From: an uncultured Verrucomicrobiae bacterium | GTDB lineage: Bacteria; Verrucomicrobiota; Verrucomicrobiia; Chthoniobacterales; JAFAMB01 | Direction: 5' to 3' | Assembly (NCBI GenBank): GCA_963837955.1 | Contig: CAWIPH010000002.1 | Coordinates: 320,001-384,000 of the forward strand | Length of the DNA: 64,000 nt | Shown: one piece after another, positions 32,415 through 42,407 of the stretch | How positions within the stretch are numbered: the stretch's first letter is position 1 | Layout of the letters: each line of letters starts with the position of its first letter | Translations under genes and position numbers: made by a program | The notes under the pieces: generated by a model | The model's database searches: none | The model's input: the letters and a program-made list of their open reading frames with translations, nothing else | Told to the model about the DNA's origin: nothing

Positions 32415-33535
32415 TGAAAGGCGTGCACGAACTCTTAAGCGATTTGATCGCTATTCCCTCCGTTTCCGCCCAGAGCAATATTCCAGTCATCGATTACATC
32501 GCCGAGACACTCGATTCGAAAATCTGGGACCTGCGCCGATTGCCATATTTCGATGCGGCTGGGATTCCAAAACAGAATCTGCTGGCGACAATGTATCCCC
32601 ATTTAGACCAGCCCATCGAGCTGGCGCTAGTGTGTCACACCGACACCGTCCCGTACTCCGAAGACTGGGCGGAAGCAGTTTCGCCGGTCGTCCGAAACGG
32701 CAACCTCTTTGGGCGCGGCGCGTGCGACGTCAAAGGGGCGCTAGCCTGTATCTTAAAAGCGGCGTTAGGATGCGCTGGAGAAGTGCGATCACTCGCTCTG
32801 GTTTTCACGGCAGACGAGGAGGTCGGCTGTATCGGTGCAAAGCGACTCCTCGCGGAAAACCGGATTCGTCCGCGTTATTGCATTGTAAGCGAACCAACCC
32901 AACTCCAGCCAATCATAGGTGGTAAGGGGTACGGACTTGGCGAGATCGTGGTCGAGGGGGCCGAGGCGCACAGCGCATTGCCTCATCTGGGCCGTTCAGC
33001 GATAATCGATGCGGCGCTCTTCATCGAGCGTGTAAAAAATTTGGCTGCGCAATTGGAGCAGGCAGAAAATGGAGCGTTCGATCCGCCGTTTACCACGCTT
33101 AATATCGGAATGATCCAGGGCGGAACCGCTAAGAACATTATTCCGGGAGAATGCCGGATGTTATTGGAGTGGCGTCCGGTGCCGGGCGAAGCGCCGGACC
33201 GTGTGCAAGCCGAGGTGGATCGGATTATTGCCGACCTGAAGCGCGCAGATGCCGGGTTTGCCGCGACGTTCACTGTGCTCCGCAACGATCCGGGTTTCGA
33301 GGCAAACCCCGGGAGTGAATTGGCCAAATGCGTCGAGCGTCTCGGTGGCGCCATCGCGACGACCGTTTCATTTGGAACGGAAGCACCGTATTTCAATCAA
33401 CTTGGAGCAGAGACGATCGTCTTTGGCCCCGGTGACATGGGAGTTGCGCATCGCAACGGCGAGCATGTTTCGTTGACCGAACTCGACCGCGGTACAGATC
33501 TTCTTGTTCAGCTCATTCGCGAGTTGTGCCGGTAA
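32414..33535 (+). CDS. ArgE-like M20 metallo-deacylase
   Basis: HTDTVP, GRGACDVKG, DEE, SEPT, GTEA, GPG...AH; TAATG coupling to the hutF end. Confidence 0.9.
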   Translation: MKGVHELLSDLIAIPSVSAQSNIPVIDYIAETLDSKIWDLRRLPYFDAAGIPKQNLLATMYPHLDQPIELALVCHTDTVPYSEDWAEAVSPVVRNGNLFGRGACDVKGALACILKAALGCAGEVRSLALVFTADEEVGCIGAKRLLAENRIRPRYCIVSEPTQLQPIIGGKGYGLGEIVVEGAEAHSALPHLGRSAIIDAALFIERVKNLAAQLEQAENGAFDPPFTTLNIGMIQGGTAKNIIPGECRMLLEWRPVPGEAPDRVQAEVDRIIADLKRADAGFAATFTVLRNDPGFEANPGSELAKCVERLGGAIATTVSFGTEAPYFNQLGAETIVFGPGDMGVAHRNGEHVSLTELDRGTDLLVQLIRELCR

Positions 33536-33721
33536 GTAACAGGATCGGTTACGAGTGCCGGCAATAGGAGCCGGTCTGAAACCTGCTTCAGGCCGGTCGC
33601 AGTGGCGAAACAATCCGGCAAACCAGAAATCAACAGTCAGAGGGTATCAAGGGAATGGACAGGTAAGGTAACGAGAATTGAGGCACGGACGACATTAGCC
33701 ACCGGCCGGCGGACGGACGTA

Positions 33722-35224
33722 ATGTTGTTGTTGATTTTCGCCGCGTTACTTGCTTTCGGGTTGCCAGTAAAAGCAGCGGAACTTTCTTCCGCACCCGCAA
33801 CATCGGTGTTTCCGCGGCCTCTCCCTGAGTATCACGATGACGCCAGCCGCATCTTAATCACTAGGCTGCTCCATAGAGTCGAGGTGGAGCCGTTCAACCT
33901 CATCGCGACTGTTATCTTTTTCTGTGCAATCATCCACACCTTCCTGACTTCGACTTTTACGAGGATGGCTCGCAGGTATGAGCGCGAATTCGATGCCCTC
34001 GAAGTTCAGGAATTACATCCGGAGACCGGCAAGGTTGTCGCTAGGCAGAGGGATAAGCTTCAGTTCAGGGCGCAGCTTTTCGGCTTTATGGGAGAAGTCG
34101 AAGCAGTCTTCGGAGCCTGGTTAGTACCATTGTTTCTGGCGATTATCGTGATGAAAGGATGGCCGGCCTTAGTTACTTACAGCGCGAACGTAAACGCGGC
34201 GGAACCCATTTTCGTAGTGGCAATTATGTCCATGGCGAGCTCTAGACCGATCTTGAGGATCGCCGAACGAGGACTTGCCGCAGTGGCTGGGGTTGGTGGC
34301 TATGGTGCAGCCGCTTGGTGGATTACAATCTTGAGCCTTGGTCCACTGTTGGGTTCGTTTATTACTGAACCCGGCGCCATGACCATTTGTGCGTTATTGC
34401 TTCGCAACCGGATCTACAGTCTAGGTCCGAGTAAGGAGTTGCGTTACGCTACACTGGGCCTGCTATTCGTCGGAGTATCAGTTGGTGGAACATTGAGTCA
34501 CTTCGCCGCACCACCGGTGGTGATGGTGGCGAGTGTATGGCAATGGGATTTTTCTCACATGCTCACCAATTTTGGGTGGAAGGCAGCCTTTGGTATTTTT
34601 CTCGCAACCGCCGTCTATTTCTTTTGGTTTCGGAAAGAATTGTTTTCTCTGGCCCCGAAGCGGTTAAGGGACGTATATGACAGCCGCCCGATTCCGAAAC
34701 GAATCATGGTAATACATGTACTGTTTATGGGTTGGACAGTTGCCACCGCCCATTATCCGACGCTAGTGATCGTCAGTTTTCTGTTTTACCTCGCTTTTGT
34801 CCAGGCCACCGCCCGGCATCAAGAAAACGCTGCGATTCGCGCACCTCTCCTAGTGGGTTTCTTCCTTATTTCTCTCGTCTTTCATGGCACTTGCCAACAA
34901 TGGTGGCTGGAGCCGGTACTAGGTGGACTTGGTCAGTGGCCGTTGATGATCAGCGCGACGATTCTGACGGGCTTTAACGACAATGCTGCGATCACTTATC
35001 TTGCTTCGTTGGTGCCGAACTTTTCTGCAGAACTAAAATACGCTGTGATGGCAGGCGCCGTGACAGGTGGAGGATTGACCGTGATCGCGAACGCACCAAA
35101 CCCGGTCGGACAGGCGATTCTGGGCAAGGAATTTGGGGAGGGCGGCGTCTCTCCGCTGGGTCTATTCCTAGCGGCGGTCATTCCCACGGTGATAGTTGGC
35201 GCATGTTTCATGTTACTTAAGTAG
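33722..35224 (+). CDS. DUF1504-type putative Na+/H+ antiporter
   Basis: GEVEAVFG.W, GSFITEP.AMT, GG.L.HFAAPPV, NDNAA.TYL, GGGLTVIANAPNP. Confidence 0.82.
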   Translation: MLLLIFAALLAFGLPVKAAELSSAPATSVFPRPLPEYHDDASRILITRLLHRVEVEPFNLIATVIFFCAIIHTFLTSTFTRMARRYEREFDALEVQELHPETGKVVARQRDKLQFRAQLFGFMGEVEAVFGAWLVPLFLAIIVMKGWPALVTYSANVNAAEPIFVVAIMSMASSRPILRIAERGLAAVAGVGGYGAAAWWITILSLGPLLGSFITEPGAMTICALLLRNRIYSLGPSKELRYATLGLLFVGVSVGGTLSHFAAPPVVMVASVWQWDFSHMLTNFGWKAAFGIFLATAVYFFWFRKELFSLAPKRLRDVYDSRPIPKRIMVIHVLFMGWTVATAHYPTLVIVSFLFYLAFVQATARHQENAAIRAPLLVGFFLISLVFHGTCQQWWLEPVLGGLGQWPLMISATILTGFNDNAAITYLASLVPNFSAELKYAVMAGAVTGGGLTVIANAPNPVGQAILGKEFGEGGVSPLGLFLAAVIPTVIVGACFMLLK

Positions 35225-35305
35225 GAACGAAAACCGTCTGGAACGAATCTGATTCTGTTCTTGATCGGCGATGAGATGATCTGGCATGACTTCCGACCCG
35301 GTTTC

Positions 35306-35962
35306 CTACTCCCTCTCGGCAACCCAGCGGATAGCGAAATGCTGAAGCTCCATGGCATTCCGGAAATTCATCTTTTCTTTGATTCTGGCGCGGTAGGTAT
35401 CGACCGTCGCAACACCAAGCTTCAGGTGTTCGGCGATGTCTCGACTCGTCCGGCCACGCCCAATCAAATCCAGCACCTGCAGTTCGCGATCGGTTAATCG
35501 ATCGACAGCACGGGGGCTAACTTTGACCCCGCCTGTCGTAAGGCCTTTCAGAAAGGTTGAAGTCATTTCTCCAGACAGATAAATCTTCCCTGCGAGAACA
35601 GATCGAACCGCCAGAAGGATCTGGGCAGCTTCTTGATTCTTTGTAATGTAGCCCATAGCGCCGGCTCGGAGTGCGCGCTCGGCATAAATCGATTCGTCAT
35701 GCATGGAAAGAACTAGAACCGGGACAGCGATCGAGAGCGCCTTTATGCTCTTAATCAGTTCCAGCCCGCTTGACGTTTTCAGCGTAATATCAACTATCGC
35801 CAGATTCGGTGAGGTTTCCCGAATGATTTGCAAAGCCTGTTGAGCTCCATCCGCTTCGCCACAGATTTCCATATCCTGCTCATGGTTGATAAGCTGACAT
35901 AGACGCTCTCGAAACAGCGGATGATCGTCGACTACTACTACCAAAGCCTTCCTGTTACTCAT
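35306..35962 (-). CDS. NarL/LuxR-family response regulator
   Basis: VDDHP, REC domain, LTDRELQV HTH. Confidence 0.94.
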   Translation of the reverse strand: MSNRKALVVVVDDHPLFRERLCQLINHEQDMEICGEADGAQQALQIIRETSPNLAIVDITLKTSSGLELIKSIKALSIAVPVLVLSMHDESIYAERALRAGAMGYITKNQEAAQILLAVRSVLAGKIYLSGEMTSTFLKGLTTGGVKVSPRAVDRLTDRELQVLDLIGRGRTSRDIAEHLKLGVATVDTYRARIKEKMNFRNAMELQHFAIRWVAERE

Positions 35963-37007
35963 TTTTGACTGCTTGGGGAATTAGCCGGCGCTCTGTCCTG
36001 GTAGGTATGGTGCAAACGACCACCGTCCCGGTCGGCGAATTCGGTTGAATTTCGAGCTCTCCACCAATCATTCGGGCACGATAACGCATAATGCTGAGTC
36101 CCATTCCTTTTCTCTCGGTGTTGGATGGAATGAACCCGACACCATCATCGCTCACGCGAAGCGAACAGGCGCCATCACCAGCGTCGAGCGCAATTACTAC
36201 CGTTTTTGGGCGCCCGTGTGTCAGAGCGTTACTAACCGCCTCCTGAGCGATCCGAAATAGGTGAATAGCCGGTGCACTTTCTAGATTCGGAACCGGACTT
36301 GGACAGACAAAAGAACAAGAGATTCCGGTTAACTTAGCCGTACCAGACGCGAGTTCTTCCAGGGCCGACTCGAGGCCGCCTTCGTCTCGATCCACCGGCG
36401 AAAGGCCTCGGGCCAGCTCCCGAACTCGCGTCGCCGCGTCCCTGAGGTGACTGGCGACTTCTCCGATCCTGGAAGCATGGCTGGGAGAGGTTTTCTCAAG
36501 CTCCTGCTTTAACATCGAGGCCGTGAATCCGATTGCGGCCAAGTACTGACAGACGCCATCGTGGAGATCGCGGCCGATCCGTTGTTGTTCGCGCTCGCTA
36601 ATGTCGATGATTTCTTCTTCCAGCTGTTGGGAACGTTCCAGCAGTTCGATGCGAGAACGAGCTTCATCTCGTTGTCGTTTGACGCTCCGTCCAGCGAAGA
36701 GAACGAGACCGAAAAGCATTAGTCTAACTATCGCATCCCACAGCCGAAGCCACTCGCTGGAATAAACATGACCAACGGCTCTATCAACCGTCCACCAAGC
36801 GATGGTGCTCAGAACCGAAATGACGATAGCCGATGGCATATCGCCAAACCAAACCATTAGGAGAATCGGTATTGAGTAGAAGGGATAGATGGCAACTTCC
36901 GGTCCAGTAACGTAGTCGATGAATGCGATCACGATCGTCAGCGCGAGCGCTTGGACATAGAGCCAGGCACGGGGTTGCTGTTTCAGAAACTGGGCGAGTC
37001 GTTCCAC
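35955..37007 (-). CDS. Membrane sensor histidine kinase (HisKA_3)
   Basis: EQQRIGRDLHDG, FRIAQEAVSNA, DDGVG, GMGL. Confidence 0.93.
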   Translation of the reverse strand: MERLAQFLKQQPRAWLYVQALALTIVIAFIDYVTGPEVAIYPFYSIPILLMVWFGDMPSAIVISVLSTIAWWTVDRAVGHVYSSEWLRLWDAIVRLMLFGLVLFAGRSVKRQRDEARSRIELLERSQQLEEEIIDISEREQQRIGRDLHDGVCQYLAAIGFTASMLKQELEKTSPSHASRIGEVASHLRDAATRVRELARGLSPVDRDEGGLESALEELASGTAKLTGISCSFVCPSPVPNLESAPAIHLFRIAQEAVSNALTHGRPKTVVIALDAGDGACSLRVSDDGVGFIPSNTERKGMGLSIMRYRARMIGGELEIQPNSPTGTVVVCTIPTRTERRLIPQAVKNE

Positions 37008-37232
37008 TTAACTCACTAAGCGATGGGCCGGGCTAGAAATCAAATCCGGTTTGCGGGTAACCTGTTACGACGATGTAGCGAAATGCATTACATGCTAGTC
37101 CAGATATAGGTGACAACAAATTGTCCGCCGTGTATCATTTTTGGCTCGATTAGGAACAACCCTCTTTGAACGGCGCGATCGCTTAGCCGTTATCAACTAG
37201 CCTCGGTTCGTTTAGTTGTAGATTTCCTGATG

Positions 37233-37248
37233 TGGCACAGGCGCTGCT
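37233..37248 (+). promoter_or_regulatory. Sigma54-type -24/-12 promoter for amtB
   Basis: TGGCAC-AGGCG-CTGCT, exact GG-N10-GC spacing. Confidence 0.65.
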
Positions 37249-37407
37249 TTAGCCCGTTTGGCACCGTTAGATGATCAGGTCAGAGCTCTAGCCGAGAAAG
37301 GACTAACCATTCTTCCTCGCCGGAGGGTTTTTCCTGCAGGTGTTAGGCACCAGTTAACCTAACCGTGATCCTTAACCAAAGTTAAAGCCACCCGGAACCT
37401 TCTCCAA

Positions 37408-39267
37408 ATGCTCGTGAATAGAAAGTTAATCAAATACGGAGCTCTTGCTTCCGTCCTCTGTCTTGTGGTCTTCGCGACCGATGCGTCGAAAGCCCAGAAT
37501 GCCAGCCCTACGGCATCTCCTGTCGCGGCTGCGTCTCCGTCGCCGACACCAGTCGGTCCGGATTCGACCGCTACAGCCAATAATGGTGGAACGGGTATCG
37601 ATCTGGCTTGGCCTGCTCCAGCGAAAACCGATCCCAAGACCAGTTTGAGTACCGGAGAGCCGACCGTCGATGACGCTGGCAAGGCAACGATCGGTGCAAA
37701 CTCAGAGCTCGTTAGGAACGTCGCTCATAACAAGATCTCGATTAACATCGTCTGGACTCTGGTCACCGGCTTCTTAGTTATGTTTATGCAGGCCGGGTTT
37801 GCCCTAGTCGAAACCGGACTCTGCCGGGCCAAGAGCGCGGCGCATGTGATGTCGACGAACTTTATGATTTACGGGCTGGGAATGCTCGGTTTCTGGATCT
37901 GCGGGTTCGCCATCATGTTTGGTGGATTCGGTGTCGCCCCCGGAGCAATTGGATCGCAACCATCGTTGGGCCAGGGGATCTTGCTGCTGAATAAAGAGTT
38001 AACGGTTCCTATCTTCGGCAAACCCTTCGGTCTCCTGGGCGGAACCGGTTTCTTTCTCGGTAACGATGTGTTCGATACCGCGATCTTTGCCCTGTTTCTC
38101 TTTCAGATGGTGTTCATGGACACCACGGCAACCATCCCTACGGGAGCCATGGCGGAGCGATGGAACTTCAAGAATTTCATCGTCTACGGCTTTTGGGTCG
38201 GCATGTTGCCATACGCCATATTTGGTAACTGGGTCTGGGGCGGCGGCTGGTTAGCTCAGCTCGGGTTAAACTTCGGCCTCGGCCACGGGCACGTCGATTT
38301 TGCCGGTTCCTCTGTAGTGCACCAAACCGGAGGCATGATCGCCTTGGCGGGAGCGTGGGTCATTGGGGCCCGGCTAGGGAAATTTGGGCCGGATGGCAAG
38401 CCGCGCGCGATTCCTGGCCACAACATACCGATGGTGATGTTAGGGACGTTCATTCTGGCCTTCGGATGGTTCGGATTTAACCCCGGTTCGACCCTTGCTG
38501 GTACCGACAACCGGATCGCGATTGTGGCTGTCAATACGATGTTGGCCTCCGCTTCCGGCGCGTTATTTACCATGCTTGTGATGATGTTCAAGACTGGTAA
38601 GCCAGATCCATCCATGATGTGCAACGGCATGCTGGCCGGTCTGGTCGCTATCACTGCGCCGTGTGCTTTTGTTAATTCACTCGGAGCAGTTATCATCGGC
38701 GCGGTAGCCGGTGTCTTGGTCGTCTTTTCAGTCTATTTCGTTGAGGGGGTTCTAAAAATTGACGATCCGGTTGGCGCAATTTCGGTGCATGGTACCTGTG
38801 GATCATGGGGAGTTCTGTCCGTCGGCCTCTTGGCTAACGGGAGTTACGGCCAAGGCTGGGGTGGTGTTCACAAGCTGATCAAAGATGGCGCGATGCAAAT
38901 CGTCGCCAACGACGGGGCTAAGGAAACCATAGACAAATTCAGTAAACTCCTAACTGATGGATGGAGCGATCAAGGTGTAACGGGCGTTCTTGGCCCTCTT
39001 TTCGGCGGAGCTTACAGCGATTGGGGCCAACTGGGAGCGGAGTTCACTGGGACTCTAACAAACTTCGTCTTCGTTACTTTGTTTGCGCTCGTCTGGTTCA
39101 AGGTTTCAAACTTGATTATTCCGCTGCGATCTAAGCATGACGACGAAGTCGAGGGCCTGGATTTGCCAGAAATGGGTGCCGAGGCTTATCCAGATTATCA
39201 GCTCACGGACAAGAGCTCTCCCTCGGTTACTCATCATGCACGCCGGGAACCGGCGATGACCAAGTAA
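37408..39267 (+). CDS. amtB: Ammonium transporter with extended N-terminus
   Basis: MQAGFA..E.G, DFAGS.VVH, GWFGFN.GS, DDPVGAISVHG. Confidence 0.95.
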   Translation: MLVNRKLIKYGALASVLCLVVFATDASKAQNASPTASPVAAASPSPTPVGPDSTATANNGGTGIDLAWPAPAKTDPKTSLSTGEPTVDDAGKATIGANSELVRNVAHNKISINIVWTLVTGFLVMFMQAGFALVETGLCRAKSAAHVMSTNFMIYGLGMLGFWICGFAIMFGGFGVAPGAIGSQPSLGQGILLLNKELTVPIFGKPFGLLGGTGFFLGNDVFDTAIFALFLFQMVFMDTTATIPTGAMAERWNFKNFIVYGFWVGMLPYAIFGNWVWGGGWLAQLGLNFGLGHGHVDFAGSSVVHQTGGMIALAGAWVIGARLGKFGPDGKPRAIPGHNIPMVMLGTFILAFGWFGFNPGSTLAGTDNRIAIVAVNTMLASASGALFTMLVMMFKTGKPDPSMMCNGMLAGLVAITAPCAFVNSLGAVIIGAVAGVLVVFSVYFVEGVLKIDDPVGAISVHGTCGSWGVLSVGLLANGSYGQGWGGVHKLIKDGAMQIVANDGAKETIDKFSKLLTDGWSDQGVTGVLGPLFGGAYSDWGQLGAEFTGTLTNFVFVTLFALVWFKVSNLIIPLRSKHDDEVEGLDLPEMGAEAYPDYQLTDKSSPSVTHHARREPAMTK

Positions 39268-39287
39268 ATGACCTTCGCTATTCGATC

Positions 39288-39620
39288 ATGAGTTACCAAT
39301 CACTAGTCTTGGTCATTGTTTCCTTGTGTACGCTTGGGCTTGGATTTCAAGCCTGGCGCCTGACGAGTAGTAGATCGATCTTTTTGAACACTTTCGTCGG
39401 AAGCGGTGGCCTGCTGTTTGCAGCGTACCTCTGTTCGATACCAACCAGAGGAGACGCCGCCTACGTAATTCCTTTTATCGTGGCCATGTTATTTGGCGGT
39501 GGCGGACTGGGTGTGCTCTGGCGGAGCCGCAAAGAAAGCATCCTACGGTTGCCGTCGACCCTCCTGTTGGCGGTTGCCGCTGCTTCGTTGTACGCAAGCT
39601 TTGCTGCCTATTCGACCTAA
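39288..39620 (+). CDS. Small membrane protein
   Basis: Four hydrophobic segments; follows amtB by 20 nt. Confidence 0.55.
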   Translation: MSYQSLVLVIVSLCTLGLGFQAWRLTSSRSIFLNTFVGSGGLLFAAYLCSIPTRGDAAYVIPFIVAMLFGGGGLGVLWRSRKESILRLPSTLLLAVAAASLYASFAAYST

Positions 39621-39920
39621 TCGACAAAAACATACACTTTGAATCGACCTTGAGACTGGCTTGAGGCTGATTCATGTCTAGGAAATCAGGGCCAGCCTTG
39701 GGTTAGTAGGGCTCGAGGCTGGTCTGGTTCTTTATCAGCGTGCGGCGAATCGAATCCCCGCGTTTCGGTATGCCGGCAGTTCGGTAATGACCTCGAGCAC
39801 CGAAAGGATCAAGAGCACCAACCACAACCGCTTAGAGATCGGACGACCACGATAATATGCGCCAGTAATTATCGTTAGAACCAAGGTGACATTGGCGGAG
39901 CCACCGAGAAGCCTGCGGGG

Positions 39921-40166
39921 TCAAACCTTTGCTTGGGTCGCCAGTTTGATAACAAAAAGAATAAGCGTAGTGCCACAGGCTAAAATGGCGAGCCCATTTA
40001 AAGCGTAAGAGAAGATCAGGTAACCTTGCGAAAACTCAGGATCAGGGAAGAAAAGATTCTTCCAGAGACCCTGCAATCCCCATCCGAATCCTACCAGCGC
40101 TACAATGGCAACCGGCCAAGTAGTACCGGCTTTTTTCTTGGGAGGCTGCTGATCTCCGGAACTCAT
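39921..40166 (-). CDS. Small 2-TM protein, paralog A
   Basis: Similar to 40233-40475 at protein and DNA level. Confidence 0.7.
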   Translation of the reverse strand: MSSGDQQPPKKKAGTTWPVAIVALVGFGWGLQGLWKNLFFPDPEFSQGYLIFSYALNGLAILACGTTLILFVIKLATQAKV

Positions 40167-40232
40167 TCGTGAGACCGAGCCTAGAGTACGCAATATCTAG
40201 TGACAATGTTATAATGTTGGTGCTCGCCGCAA

Positions 40233-40475
40233 TCAGAACTTTCCCTCTCTGGCCGCTTTAAGGAGAAGGAAAATTGCACCGCCACAGCCTAGAACCGCGA
40301 TCCCATCTAAAACGTACGAGAAGCTCAGGTAACTTTCTGAAACCTTAGGATCAGGAGAAAAAAGGTCCTTCCAGAGATTGTCCAACCCGAATCCTAGTCC
40401 GATCAGCGCCGCGATTGCGATCGGCCAACTGATACCAGGCTTCTTTCTTGGGGGGCCCTGATCTCCGGGACTCAT
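40233..40475 (-). CDS. Small 2-TM protein, paralog B
   Basis: MSPGDQ..KK.G..WP.AI.AL.G.G...LWK.LF.PDP shared with paralog A. Confidence 0.7.
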   Translation of the reverse strand: MSPGDQGPPRKKPGISWPIAIAALIGLGFGLDNLWKDLFSPDPKVSESYLSFSYVLDGIAVLGCGGAIFLLLKAAREGKF

Positions 40476-40707
40476 GCTGATCTGAGCGTAGAGCAGTCTG
40501 CTCTAGCCACAATGTTATAATCTTTGCGCGTATCCTGTAACCGTTACAAAGACACAAATGTGTCAAAGGTAAAGGGCAGGGCGAAACCCGACTCCGCAAG
40601 GCCTACGTCGCGGCCAGCTCTACGGTGTCGCTTAAACTCGGAACTCGGGCGCGCCGAAGCTCGCGAAGGTGGCTCGACTCCGCCCACTTGTTCCCAAGAG
40701 ACGAAGA

Positions 40708-40969
40708 AACGTTGAAGCAATCAATCCCGGAGGGATCCAATGAAAGTAGAAGCCCAGTACGAAGTGCTGGGAACTTATGCAAAAAGAGACGTCCGTCCCG
40801 GCAGGGACGATAGAAGTGTTTTGGCTCCCAGTCCTCTCGTATGCAGCTTCACCAGCGCAAGGAGCCGTCGATCGTCCCGTCCGGGACGGATCTTTTTTTT
40901 AACGCCACCCCAGCACTTCGTACTGGGCTACTTTCGCTGGATCCCTCCGGGATTGATTGCTTCAACGTT
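40708..40969. mobile_element. Palindromic MITE/REP-doublet-like element
   Basis: Perfect 32-bp terminal inverted repeat (40708-40739 / 40938-40969) plus inner IR AGCCCAGTACGAAGTGCTGGG. Confidence 0.75.
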
Positions 40970-40976
40970 GGAACAT

Positions 40977-42125
40977 CTACCGAAACCGGCGAAAAAAAGT
41001 ACGGATGTCCTTGGCCAAAAGTTCAGGCTCTTCTGCGGCTGCGAAGTGACCTCCGCGGGGCATATCGGTCCATTGTTGAATATTGTAACCCCGCTCGATC
41101 CACGCACGAGGAGGAAATAGTAATTCCTTTGGAAAATGGGCAATCGCGCATGGCACCTGAACGAAGTCGGCCGGCCCGAATTGCAGAGGCGCTTTTCTCC
41201 CTTCGAAATACATCCGAAAAGAGGAATGGATCGTCTCGGTCATCCAGTAGAGCGTCACATTGGCCAACAGTTCATCCCGCGAGAACCTGTTATAGAGATC
41301 GCCGTCGCAATCGGACCATTCGCGAAACTTTTCCAGTATCCACGCCGCTAACCCCGCTGGAGAATCGTTGAGGCCATAAGCTGCAGTCTGAGGGCGTGTT
41401 CGCTGGAGGTGTGCATAAGCACCGTTCTCGTCGTACCGGCGGGGTATCTCCTTGAGAAACTCTTCTTCCACCGGCGCCAGCTCTGTTCCTGGCTCCAGGC
41501 TGGGCCCGAATGATCCGGGGACAAAGTTTAAATGAATCCCAATGATTCGCTGAGCATGACGCAACCCTAAGATGGTAGTTACACTAGCTCCTAGATCGCC
41601 TCCCTGCGCGGCAAAGCGGCCGTATCCCAATTCTTCCATGAGCCGTACCCACAACTCGGCGGTGCGAAACAGGTTCATGCCGCGGTGGCTTGGTCGATCC
41701 GAAAAGCCGTAACCTGGTAAGGATGGGACGATGACATCAAACGAGTCCGCCATGTCCCCGCCATGGGCTGCCGGATTGGTCAGCAGTGGGATGATTCGCA
41801 TCATTTCCAGAAAAGATCCGGGCCACCCATGGGTCAGGATTATGGGAATCGGGGCTGGACCTTTTCCTCGCTCATGAAGGAAATGGGTTCGTACGCCATC
41901 CGACGAGTACCGGTAATGATGGAAGGCTGAGAGTTGCTCCACCTGCGCTTTCCAATCAAACCGCTCTCTCCAGTAGCCACAAATCTCCTGGAGAAACCGA
42001 AGATCGAACCCGTACGCCCAACCGGAATCAGGTATCTCATCCGGCCAGCGCGTTTGGTCCAGTCGAACGCGAAGATCGTCGACCGCCTGCTGCGAGAAAG
42101 GGATAGAAAACGGTTCCAGAGCCAT
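40977..42125 (-). CDS. Epoxide hydrolase (EHN + alpha/beta hydrolase)
   Basis: HGWPGS, PSLPGYGFS, QGGDLG, GGHFAA.E. Confidence 0.94.
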   Translation of the reverse strand: MALEPFSIPFSQQAVDDLRVRLDQTRWPDEIPDSGWAYGFDLRFLQEICGYWRERFDWKAQVEQLSAFHHYRYSSDGVRTHFLHERGKGPAPIPIILTHGWPGSFLEMMRIIPLLTNPAAHGGDMADSFDVIVPSLPGYGFSDRPSHRGMNLFRTAELWVRLMEELGYGRFAAQGGDLGASVTTILGLRHAQRIIGIHLNFVPGSFGPSLEPGTELAPVEEEFLKEIPRRYDENGAYAHLQRTRPQTAAYGLNDSPAGLAAWILEKFREWSDCDGDLYNRFSRDELLANVTLYWMTETIHSSFRMYFEGRKAPLQFGPADFVQVPCAIAHFPKELLFPPRAWIERGYNIQQWTDMPRGGHFAAAEEPELLAKDIRTFFRRFR

Positions 42126-42297
42126 AGATGTCGGTTGAGTTTCACATTCCCCGCCTTGGATCCGCAAGCACGGAGCCGCCTGTTACGCGCCTGAGTTAAC
42201 GGGTTCACGACCGGATCTCGAAGCTTGGCAATTTCCGCCTAGGCATCAAAAGATCGGAACGTTGAGAGAGGGGCGCGTGTCACGCACTTCGACGTGT

Positions 42298-42341
42298 CGT
42301 GCCTCTGCACCGAGACTCCGAACAAGATCGTAATCGCTCCG
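42298..42341 (-). pseudogene. 44-bp relic of the NUDIX gene
   Basis: 40/44 identical to 49660-49703. Confidence 0.7.
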
Positions 42342-42407
42342 TACGGCTTTGGCTGCCCAAAGCCGCCGTCTTAATGTCTGTTCAAACGCGTGCCACGAAG
42401 CTGTTTA

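Noticed and set aside
37260..37407. Riboswitch in the amtB leader
   Set aside because: Only a weak hairpin with a T run near 37312-37332; no recognisable aptamer consensus
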